A stretch of DNA of 64,000 nt from an uncultured Clostridia bacterium. Lineage in GTDB: Bacteria; Bacillota; Clostridia; Oscillospirales; CAG-272. This document shows positions 1-8,167 of this stretch, piece after piece. The notes beneath the pieces are model-generated. The model saw only the letters and a list, made by a program, of their open reading frames with translations. It searched no databases and was not told where the DNA came from. The stretch covers positions 83,428-147,427 of the forward strand of contig CALWJX010000001.1 of NCBI GenBank assembly GCA_944381085.1, given 5' to 3'. Position numbers and translations under genes: made by a program. Positions within the stretch are counted from its first letter, which is position 1. Each line of letters starts with the position of its first letter.

Positions 1-2
1 GC

Positions 3-1007
3 TTTTCCGGCGCCGGAGACATCTCAATCGGAGATACCGTGACAAGTGTGTCAAATCCCGAACCGCTCGAATTTGTAAAGGTAAGCGAGCCCACTGTGGA
101 GATGACTTTTTCGGTAAACGACAGTCCGCTTGCGGGAAAAGAGGGCAAGTTTGTAACCTCCCGCCAGCTTCGCGAAAGGTTGTACAGAGAGCTTTTGCGA
201 GATGTTTCACTGCGTGTCCGCGACGGAGAGACGACCGATGAGTTTATCGTGTCCGGAAGAGGAGAGATGCATCTTTCCATCCTTATTGAAAACATGAGAC
301 GTGAGGGCTATGAGCTTACCTGCTCGAATCCCAAGGTGATTTTAAAGACCATAGACGGAGTTGAGTGCGAGCCTATGGAGCGCGTCACGCTTGACGTGCC
401 GAATGATTATGTGGGCGCCGTAATAGAAAAGCTCGGTCAGCGCAAGGGAGATCTGCTTGAAATGAATCCTGTCGGAAGCCGGATGCGAATTGAATACAGT
501 ATTCCGTCCCGCTGCCTGTTCGGGTATCGCTCCGAGTTTCTTTCGGCGACTCACGGAGAGGGCGTGCTCAATACGATATTTGACGGATATCAGCCGTACA
601 GAGGCGGCGTCATAATGAGATTTACCGGCGCGCTTGTGGCATCCGAGGCGGGAGTTACCACAAGATACGGACTGTATAATGTACAGGAGAGAGGGAGTCT
701 TTTCGTGGGTCCTCAGGTGCAGGTTTATGAAGGTATGATAGTCGGGGAAAATCCCAAAAACGACGATATTCCGGTAAATCCCTGCAAGGAAAAGCACCTT
801 ACGGCGATCCGTTCTTCGGGCGCCGACGAAAAGCTTATTCTGACTCCTCCCAGAATTTTCGGGCTTGAGGAGGCGATAGAGTTTATTGCCGACGACGAAC
901 TTATCGAGGTCACTCCGAAATCAATCAGACTGCGCAAAAAGATACTCAACACCGAGCAACGCATGAAAGAAATGATGAAGGCGAGAAGAGCGGCACAGGA
1001 AGCCTGA
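3..1007 (+). CDS. typA: Translational GTPase TypA/BipA, C-terminal part (5' end outside window)
   Basis: Frame is open from base 3 (FSGAGDISIGDTV...). EPTVEMTFSVNDSPLAGKEGKFVTSRQLRERL and GEMHLSILIENMRREGYEL match TypA domains by eye. Stop at 1005-1007. Confidence 0.9.
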   Translation, partial: FSGAGDISIGDTVTSVSNPEPLEFVKVSEPTVEMTFSVNDSPLAGKEGKFVTSRQLRERLYRELLRDVSLRVRDGETTDEFIVSGRGEMHLSILIENMRREGYELTCSNPKVILKTIDGVECEPMERVTLDVPNDYVGAVIEKLGQRKGDLLEMNPVGSRMRIEYSIPSRCLFGYRSEFLSATHGEGVLNTIFDGYQPYRGGVIMRFTGALVASEAGVTTRYGLYNVQERGSLFVGPQVQVYEGMIVGENPKNDDIPVNPCKEKHLTAIRSSGADEKLILTPPRIFGLEEAIEFIADDELIEVTPKSIRLRKKILNTEQRMKEMMKARRAAQEA

Positions 1008-1078
1008 TATCCGCATGGCTGTACTTTCCGTATTTCGTACTTTATGTTAAGATTGAGTTGTAATAATATATGATAAAA

Positions 1079-1116
1079 CCCCGCGGAAACGTGTTGTATC
1101 GTGCCGCGGGATTTAT
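1079..1116 (+). terminator. Candidate intrinsic terminator after typA
   Basis: CCCGCGG (1080-1086) pairs with CCGCGGG (1104-1110), followed by ATTTAT. The 17-nt loop is long, so support is moderate only. Confidence 0.45.
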
Positions 1117-1173
1117 ACATTATAAAAATAATATCATACAATTAAAAAAATAAAATTTTTTTAAAAAATAGTA

Positions 1174-1202
1174 TTGTATTTTTGTCAAAAATGTGCTATA
1201 AT
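1174..1202 (+). promoter_or_regulatory. Sigma-A-type promoter for the RiPP-like operon
   Basis: TTGTAT (1174-1179), 17-nt spacer, extended -10 TGcTATAAT (TATAAT at 1197-1202). Confidence 0.5.
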
Positions 1203-1261
1203 CTGTTCTCAAGGGAATGATCTGTTTTTTAGTTTGATATTTGAAAGGAATTTTATAATTT

Positions 1262-1384
1262 ATGAAATATGAAAAACCTATAGTTATTATTTATGATGAA
1301 GAAGTAATGAAAGAATTGGAAGCAATGGCGTCTTCCAAATGCCATTGTACTTCAAGTGGTTCAAGAGTAAGTTATGATGAGTAA
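1262..1384 (+). CDS. 40-aa candidate RiPP precursor peptide (MKYEKPIVIIYDEEVMKELEAMASSKCHCTSSGSRVSYDE), absent from the ORF track because it is under 60 aa
   Basis: ATG at 1262 lies about 11 nt after GAAAGGA. TAA at 1382-1384. It sits 58 nt upstream of, and co-directional with, a radical SAM/SPASM gene. Acidic leader-like N-half, then a Cys/Ser-rich C-half (CHC, SSGS). Confidence 0.65.
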   Translation: MKYEKPIVIIYDEEVMKELEAMASSKCHCTSSGSRVSYDE

Positions 1385-1442
1385 AATGAAATTTTGAAAT
1401 AGTTAGATCATTCCCTGATTATTCGATATATAAGGAGTTCAT

Positions 1443-2798
1443 ATGCTTTTTTCCTTTCAAGACTATGTATTTGATTCCGATAGGTTAATTATTTATAATA
1501 TATCCGAGAGCAAAGAGTTTATTGATGTTTTAAAATTAAAATTTGATATTGAAGAAAAAAATAAAGCTGTTTTAGCCGAACTAATATCCAATAAATCGGA
1601 AAATATGCGTATGGATAAAATTGCAATTAACAGAGCAGGCATTTGTTTGACGTATAATTGTAATTTGAGATGCGATTATTGCAGTAATTCCTCCGGCGAT
1701 AATGATACAAATATACTTACAATCGAAGATGTTCAGGTATACATAAAAGACATTATCAAAAAAAGTATAATAAGCAGACTTATAAATAAAAAAATCAAAC
1801 CATTAAATATTTATTTTACTGGAGGGGGAGAGCCTACTTTTAGGTGGGATTTATTCAGAGAGTCGGTTTTATTTATAAAAGAAGAGTGCACGAAAAATAA
1901 TATACCATTGTTTCTCGGTTTAACAACGAACGGCGTTTTGAATGATGAACAGATTGGCTTTATTAGTGACAACGTTGATCATATAATGATATCCTATGAT
2001 GGTTTGCCGGAATTACAGAATAAAAACAGGAAATCGGCAAACCAACAGTGTACAAATGAAATTGTGGAAAATACCATAAAAAGATTATCTGATAAAAAAA
2101 TATCAATGAATGTAAGAACCACTGTTTGGGAAGACGACTATTTTAAATTACGTAGAATGTATGACCATGTTTTTTCATTGGTGGGTGATAACCCGAATGC
2201 GAAGTGGAGTGTTTATCCGACTTTTTATGAGGGTCGTGCATTGGAGAATTTAAAAAATCATGGTAAGACCAATAAAAGTTTTTTATATTATTATATTTCA
2301 TTATTGGATTATATTATTTTGGAGAAAGGCAAGGATAAGTTGAATACTGTCGAAGTCCCATTGTATAATAACGAAATCAGTGAAATCTTTTGCGGAGAGT
2401 ACAGATGCAATAATCCATGGTTACTTCCGGACAAATCAATTGTAACTTGTATAGAGTCATGTAAAGGAAATCAAACAGTAATAGGAAAAATCAATGAAGG
2501 CAAAGTAGAATATTATCATAAATATAATGATAAATTGCTTGAAATAATTCAGCAGAAGTTTGTTGAATGTCGGGAGTGTATTGCATACAATTTTTGTAAA
2601 GGAGGATGTCCCATTTGGGAATTGAGAAATATAAATAAAGACAGCGAATTGCCTGAATGTATGGCTCAGAAAGAATACTGGACTTACGTCATTGAAGCTA
2701 TGTTATTGGGTAAGTACAGTTTTGGATGGCGTCTGCAAAAAATCTGCGTACAAAATTATGAACAGCATGAGGCATATAAATTGGTTTTTGATAAATAA
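1443..2798 (+). CDS. Radical SAM enzyme with C-terminal SPASM domain (peptide-modifying maturase type)
   Basis: CNLRCDYC (CX3CX2C) near residue 72. C-terminal CRECIAYNFCKGGC (CX2CX5CX3C) plus further Cys residues is typical of SPASM auxiliary clusters. RBS AAGGAG lies upstream. Confidence 0.9.
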   Translation: MLFSFQDYVFDSDRLIIYNISESKEFIDVLKLKFDIEEKNKAVLAELISNKSENMRMDKIAINRAGICLTYNCNLRCDYCSNSSGDNDTNILTIEDVQVYIKDIIKKSIISRLINKKIKPLNIYFTGGGEPTFRWDLFRESVLFIKEECTKNNIPLFLGLTTNGVLNDEQIGFISDNVDHIMISYDGLPELQNKNRKSANQQCTNEIVENTIKRLSDKKISMNVRTTVWEDDYFKLRRMYDHVFSLVGDNPNAKWSVYPTFYEGRALENLKNHGKTNKSFLYYYISLLDYIILEKGKDKLNTVEVPLYNNEISEIFCGEYRCNNPWLLPDKSIVTCIESCKGNQTVIGKINEGKVEYYHKYNDKLLEIIQQKFVECRECIAYNFCKGGCPIWELRNINKDSELPECMAQKEYWTYVIEAMLLGKYSFGWRLQKICVQNYEQHEAYKLVFDK

Positions 2799-2820
2799 TA
2801 CTGTTTAATGGAGGTGAAAA

Positions 2821-3135
2821 ATGTTACTTAATGGCAAAGTAATTGAGATTGTATCCTATACCTCGGAGAATATAGATGATGACTTAATTATATATAATGA
2901 ATCATTTAAAAAAATTATAATATTAAATCATACTGCAAAGTATGTGTGGAATTTAATAGTTGGCTGTTATAATAATGGTGAAGACATTGAGGTATCCGAT
3001 ATAGTTTCACATATTAAAGATGTATATAATATATCTCAATGTGAAGACGATAACATTTATAATGATGTGGAAGAAACCTTAGATTTGTTTTTTAAAGCGT
3101 CACTTTTGCGATGTTCTGATGAGGAGCATAATTAA
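2821..3135 (+). CDS. PqqD-like protein (candidate RiPP recognition element)
   Basis: 104 aa, directly after the rSAM gene. The pattern IILNHTAKYVWNLI...DIVSHIKDVYNIS...DVEETLDLFFKASLL resembles the PqqD family profile as I recall it. Confidence 0.7.
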   Translation: MLLNGKVIEIVSYTSENIDDDLIIYNESFKKIIILNHTAKYVWNLIVGCYNNGEDIEVSDIVSHIKDVYNISQCEDDNIYNDVEETLDLFFKASLLRCSDEEHN

Positions 3136-3137
3136 GT

Positions 3138-3959
3138 ATGAAATGCTTTTACAGGTATATTGATAATATACAAATTAGTATTATAATAGAAAATGAACTA
3201 TATGAAGAACACAAATTAATTTTTGATTCGCTATTTATAACATTTTTAGATTATCAAAAAAAAGGATTTTTCAATAATTATTTGTATTATATTTATAAAA
3301 GCAAAAATAATTTGAACGAAATAATACATAATTATAAAATAAGTGATTCGGCAGATAATGATTGGATTTTTTCGCTGATAAATGATTTGGAAAACTTTTA
3401 TGCCGATATATTAAACTGCACTGTGTTGCACGGCTCATGCATACAGATTGAAGGAAAAAATATATTATTGATAGGCGAAAGATGGTCGGGAAAGACAACA
3501 TTGACACAATATTTAACAATAGACATGAAGTGTGGATTTGTCAGCGACGACTGTATTTATCTTTTAAATAATATGCTTATTGGCTTTGGAATGCCGTTGC
3601 CTGTACGCGGTGAAAAAATAGATAATACATATAAAGATTTTTTTATTGGCGCAACGGTAGATTCTGACGGTACAAATCGCATTCTTTACGCTCCTCCGAA
3701 TATAGTTGAAAGAGTTTTTTCTGTCGACTCGGTAATATTCTCTAAATATGTTGAAAGTAAAAACGCAAATATAATTAAGTTGAAATCGGGAGAAGCACTT
3801 GAAAGATTAATAAGAAATGTTCGTTCAAAAAGTACAATGAGTACTTTATTTAATGATATGGTAAGAATATCTAAATTATCAGATTGTTATGTTATGCAAT
3901 ACCCGAGTTGCAATATCGCTTATGAAATGATTTTAGGAGTTATTTTTGATGAAAAATAG
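3138..3959 (+). CDS. HPr kinase/phosphorylase-like P-loop protein
   Basis: LHGSCIQIEGKNILLIGERWSGKTTLTQYL...GFVSDDCIYL parallels the HprK core (HG..v...G.gvLi.G.SG.GKS....L...G..lvaDD). Confidence 0.6.
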   Translation: MKCFYRYIDNIQISIIIENELYEEHKLIFDSLFITFLDYQKKGFFNNYLYYIYKSKNNLNEIIHNYKISDSADNDWIFSLINDLENFYADILNCTVLHGSCIQIEGKNILLIGERWSGKTTLTQYLTIDMKCGFVSDDCIYLLNNMLIGFGMPLPVRGEKIDNTYKDFFIGATVDSDGTNRILYAPPNIVERVFSVDSVIFSKYVESKNANIIKLKSGEALERLIRNVRSKSTMSTLFNDMVRISKLSDCYVMQYPSCNIAYEMILGVIFDEK

Positions 3960-5730
3960 TTTTAAAAAATGGAAAAATTTGACGTGGCTATGCCGCCCCT
4001 ATTGGAAATATGGCAAGGTTTACGTTATTTTATCCTTGTTTTTTGTTGTTATAATGTCGCCTCTTGATGAAATGCTATATGTTTATTCGCCTGAAATAAT
4101 CGTAAGATCTCTGAATGAAGGTCGTTCTTTTTCGTATCTTGTAGTTGTCGCTTTGATAATAGCAGGCGCTAATTTTATAAAAAGTATACCAAGGATGATC
4201 TGTAGTCCGTATTTCACTAAAAAACAAACCGAGATTAACATGAAAGTAAAACGCAACATATATGTAAAGGCGATGGAGATAGACTACAAATATGTGGATT
4301 CTCCCGAATATTACAATGAGTATGCCTGGGCTATGAACGAGTATGTACAGCAGACAAACCAAGCGTTCAGTTTTTCAAAGCGTTTTCTTTCGGCTCTTTT
4401 CAGTATTATAACTCTTTTTTCAATTGTTATGGTGATAGGTCCGTGGCTTATTGTGATAGAGATAATACAGTTGATTTTACAGAAGCTTTTGCTTGCAAGA
4501 AGAAACAAGATTGATATTTGTAAGAAAAACGAAACAGTTCCGGTGGAACGGCGTCTTTCGTATTTTCACAGACTGTTTTATCTTAAAGAGTATTCGGCGG
4601 ATATAAAGACCACGCCTTTAAAGCGATTTGCCTTTGACGGATATGACAAGTCGGGTAAAGAGCAGGTAGATATAAATACCAAGTATGAGAAAAAAGGCGC
4701 GGTTTGTTATATCACTCAGGAATTTCTTTTTATTGTCACCGAGTTTGTTTTGACCTTATATCTTGTACATAGCATTATTGAAGGCAACATTGTGGACGCC
4801 GCTCTGTATATAACCATGAATCTTTCGTTTTACAGGCTTGATTCAAATCTTTACAATCTGATACAGTTGATGGAGGAAGCCAACAATATCTCTATGAACG
4901 CGGATAAAATAAGAGAATTTTTCGATATAAAGTCCAACATTGAGACCAAAAGCACAGACGTACAAATAACCGAGATACATGACCCGTTCGCGGTGCGGTT
5001 TAAAAATGTCGGCTTCTCATATGAAAACTCTGATTTTGCGATTTCGGATTTGAACCTTGATATAAAACCCGGAGAAAAAATCGCCATTGTGGGAGAAAAC
5101 GGAGCCGGGAAATCCACTTTTGTCAAGCTTTTGATGAGGCTGTATGACGTTACGGACGGAGATATTCTTATAAACGGCATTTCAATAAAGGATTATGATG
5201 TGGAACTGTTGCGGCAGCACGTGGGAGTCGCCTTTCAGAACACTAATGTTTATGCCATGAGTTTTGCGGACAATGTATCGCTGTTCAACAAGATATCAGA
5301 GGAAGAGCTTGAGAGAATTTCAAAGGAATACGAATTGGATTCCATTCTTGAAAAAAACCATGCCGATTTTAATTCGGAGCTGACCAGAGAGTTCAGTCCG
5401 GACGGAATAATCCTTTCGGGCGGAGAAGTGCAGAAGATCGCGCTTGCCAGACTTATGACAAAAAAATGGGGACTGCTTTTGCTCGATGAGCCTTCCTCAG
5501 CGCTTGACCCCTTGGCGGAATACAAGCTGAGTAAGCTTATTTTGAGCACCGCCAACCGGGCTACCACTATAATAGTCGCTCACAGACTGTCCACGATACG
5601 GGATGCCGACAGAATAATAGTAATGGAGCGCGGAAAGCTTGAGGAATGCGGCACTCACGATGAACTGATGGAAAAACACGGAAAGTATTATGAAATGTTT
5701 ACCAAACAGGCGGAAAATTATATAAATTAA
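3949..5730 (+). CDS. ABC transporter, fused permease/ATP-binding exporter with no N-terminal peptidase domain
   Basis: N-terminal TM-rich half. Walker A GENGAGKST, signature LSGGEVQK, Walker B LLLLDEPSSALD. ATG 3949 is 9 nt after AGGAG and overlaps the upstream gene. Confidence 0.9.
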   Translation: MKNSFKKWKNLTWLCRPYWKYGKVYVILSLFFVVIMSPLDEMLYVYSPEIIVRSLNEGRSFSYLVVVALIIAGANFIKSIPRMICSPYFTKKQTEINMKVKRNIYVKAMEIDYKYVDSPEYYNEYAWAMNEYVQQTNQAFSFSKRFLSALFSIITLFSIVMVIGPWLIVIEIIQLILQKLLLARRNKIDICKKNETVPVERRLSYFHRLFYLKEYSADIKTTPLKRFAFDGYDKSGKEQVDINTKYEKKGAVCYITQEFLFIVTEFVLTLYLVHSIIEGNIVDAALYITMNLSFYRLDSNLYNLIQLMEEANNISMNADKIREFFDIKSNIETKSTDVQITEIHDPFAVRFKNVGFSYENSDFAISDLNLDIKPGEKIAIVGENGAGKSTFVKLLMRLYDVTDGDILINGISIKDYDVELLRQHVGVAFQNTNVYAMSFADNVSLFNKISEEELERISKEYELDSILEKNHADFNSELTREFSPDGIILSGGEVQKIALARLMTKKWGLLLLDEPSSALDPLAEYKLSKLILSTANRATTIIVAHRLSTIRDADRIIVMERGKLEECGTHDELMEKHGKYYEMFTKQAENYIN

Positions 5731-5844
5731 ACCGATAATTTATTTTGACGTCCGATAATATTGACAAAAGCAGTCATTCTGCAGAACCGACCGAGTATTT
5801 GGGATAAAGTTCATTATGATATGACTGCTTTTTTATGTTTTCAT

Positions 5845-6720
5845 TTACACGCTATGACCGAGTTCCTCATACAGTTTATCTGAAAGCCGGCAGAAATCCT
5901 TTACCGTGAGTTTCTCTCCCCGGATATCCGCGCTGTGCCCGCATGAAGTTATTATTTCCGTGAGCCTTTGCTTTTGTATTTCCGGAAATCCTGTCAAAAG
6001 CGAGTTTGCGAGTGTTTTTCTCCTTTGCTCAAACGCCGCTTTAACCGTTCTGAAAAAGATATCCTCGTTTGAAGGAACGACCGGCTTTTCTTTCCATAGT
6101 TTAATCTGAACCACAGAGGAGTCGACTTTCGGTACCGGCATGAAGTTGTCCGACGTTACGGTGAAAAGAGCGTTTGTCTGTCCGAAATAGTCTATTGCCG
6201 CGGTAATTGCGCCGCAGTTTTTGTTTCCGGCTCCCGCGCATATTCTGTCAGCCACCTCCGACTGAACCATTACCGTAATACTGTCGAACGGCAGCCGGCT
6301 TTCCAAAAGCTTCATAAGTATGGGAGTTGTGATATAATAAGGCAGGTTTGCGCAGACCGAAACCTTTCCCGCGGAAAAATACGGCTTTAAGATTTCCTCA
6401 AGATTTGTTTTCATCACATCGCTGTTTTCGACCCGGACGTTTTTATATCCGTCAAGCGTATAACGCAGTACAGGTATAAGTCCCCCGTCTATTTCAAGGG
6501 CGACAACATTGCGATAACGCGCGGCAAGCTCGCGTGTAAGGCAACCTATGCCGGGACCTATTTCAAGAACGGTTATGTCGGCGTCATCGGAGCAGCAGTA
6601 CGCGATATCCTCGACTGTGCCGTGATTTATAAGAAAATTTTGTCCGAATTCCTTTTTGAATTTCAGTCCGAACATGTCCATGACCTGTTTTATGGTCTTT
6701 GGGTTGCATAGGTCGAGCAT
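5845..6720 (-). CDS. rsmA: 16S rRNA (adenine1518/1519-N6)-dimethyltransferase
   Basis: FGQNFL motif and LEIGPGIGCLT SAM-binding motif. Its start overlaps the upstream stop (TGATG). Confidence 0.95.
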   Translation of the reverse strand: MLDLCNPKTIKQVMDMFGLKFKKEFGQNFLINHGTVEDIAYCCSDDADITVLEIGPGIGCLTRELAARYRNVVALEIDGGLIPVLRYTLDGYKNVRVENSDVMKTNLEEILKPYFSAGKVSVCANLPYYITTPILMKLLESRLPFDSITVMVQSEVADRICAGAGNKNCGAITAAIDYFGQTNALFTVTSDNFMPVPKVDSSVVQIKLWKEKPVVPSNEDIFFRTVKAAFEQRRKTLANSLLTGFPEIQKQRLTEIITSCGHSADIRGEKLTVKDFCRLSDKLYEELGHSV

Positions 6721-7907
6721 CAGCGTTTTTTCCTTTCATAATTCTGCTTGGATTTTGCGGTATTTTTGAAACTTGGCGCGGCTTTAGGCTCAAAGGGTTT
6801 GAAAAACTGATAGAGAAAGCAGGGAATCATGCCGTTGTATAATTTTCTTTTCTTGTCTGCCGGACGTCCGTACAGCTTCTCAAAATAATCGCATGAGGTT
6901 ATTATATACACGTGCCAGCGGTCAAACAGGCAAAAGTTTTTTCCTATATCTCTGTAAAGCTGTTCGGCTTGCCGTATGTCGCCCATTCTCTCTCCGTACG
7001 GAGGGTTGCAGACGATGCTGCCCTTTATGCCGTCGGGTTTTTGTATCCGGCGGGCGTCACCTGTAAAAATGCGCATGTTTTCCTCGACGCCGGCGCGCAG
7101 GGCGGACTCGTACGCGATATCAAGCACCTGCTCGTCCGTGTCGGAAGCCCAGACCTCAAATTTTGAACCGGTTATGATTTTATCCTTGGCTTCATCTCTG
7201 GCGTTCTGCCACATCTTTTTGTCGATGCGACTGAATTTTTCGGAGTCGAAATCACGGTTAAGCCCGGGAGCTATATTTTTTACTATCATGGCGGCTTCAA
7301 TCGCGATGGTCCCGGAGCCGCAGAAAGGGTCCCAAAAGAGAATATCCTCCGACGGTCTGGAGGTTAAGGCGATTGCCGCCGCGAGCGTTTCTCTGAGCGG
7401 GGCGGGTCCGGCTTTCGGACGGTATCCTCTTTTGTGAAGAGCAATACCGGAGGTGTCTATAAGCAGCATTGCCTCGTCCTTGAGTATGAAAAACTCTATT
7501 TTATATTTGGTACCGGTTTCTTCAAACCAGGAGATATTGTAAACCGAGGCAAGCCGATTGACGACCGCTTTTTTTACTATGCTCTGACAGTCGGGAATTG
7601 AGGTGAGTTTGCTTTTTATCGAGTGTCCCGAAACCGGAAACGCGTCGTTTTTGCCTATCCATTCTTCCCAAGGAAGCGAATATGTACCGTCAAAAAGCTC
7701 GGAAAAACTTTCCGCCTTGAAAGAGCCGAGCTTTATGAATACTCTCTCCGCGCAGCGCAGATTGATATTTGCCCTGGGGATATCACATTCAAGCCCCTCA
7801 AAGGTCACTCTGCCGTCAATTGTTTCTGTCCTTTTAAGACCGAGCGCGTCTATTTCTTCTCCGAGCTGCTTTTCAAGCCCGAAAAGACAAGTTGCCACAA
7901 GCTGCAT
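6720..7907 (-). CDS. THUMP-domain class I SAM-dependent RNA methyltransferase
   Basis: DPFCGSGTIAIEAA and NPPYGERMG motifs. I prefer ATG 7907 (MQLVATCLFGLEK) because GGAG lies 7 nt upstream. The track start at 8003 adds 32 unsupported residues. Confidence 0.85.
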   Translation of the reverse strand: MQLVATCLFGLEKQLGEEIDALGLKRTETIDGRVTFEGLECDIPRANINLRCAERVFIKLGSFKAESFSELFDGTYSLPWEEWIGKNDAFPVSGHSIKSKLTSIPDCQSIVKKAVVNRLASVYNISWFEETGTKYKIEFFILKDEAMLLIDTSGIALHKRGYRPKAGPAPLRETLAAAIALTSRPSEDILFWDPFCGSGTIAIEAAMIVKNIAPGLNRDFDSEKFSRIDKKMWQNARDEAKDKIITGSKFEVWASDTDEQVLDIAYESALRAGVEENMRIFTGDARRIQKPDGIKGSIVCNPPYGERMGDIRQAEQLYRDIGKNFCLFDRWHVYIITSCDYFEKLYGRPADKKRKLYNGMIPCFLYQFFKPFEPKAAPSFKNTAKSKQNYERKKR

Positions 7908-8100
7908 ATTTAATCTCCATTCCGCCGCCGAACGGCGGCACAAATCGCAACCGTGAATGTTGCGGCGGACTGCAAAATTCGCGCGTGAAAAAACATTTCT
8001 CATAGTTAGAAGAATGTAACTTTCACGCTTTGTGTTCTTATATTTATGTTACTTTAATTATAACCGACACAGGCGGTTTTGTCAATAAAAATTTTTTCTC

Positions 8101-8134
8101 AAAAAACAAGCCGGACTTTTCGCGCGTGTCGGGC
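8101..8134 (-). terminator. Candidate terminator after leuB
   Basis: On the minus strand GCCCGAC/GTCCGGC form a stem with one mismatch, followed by TTGTTTTTT. Confidence 0.4.
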
Positions 8135-8167
8135 GGAGGAAAAGCCGGCTTTTCTGTTTTTCGACGC

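Noticed and set aside
5767-5831. AAAGCAGTCAT ... ATGACTGCTTT inverted repeat between the ABC gene and rsmA
   Set aside because: The arms pair well and a T-run follows, but the ~43-nt loop is atypical for an intrinsic terminator. It is possibly a terminator with inner structure, so I left it uncalled.
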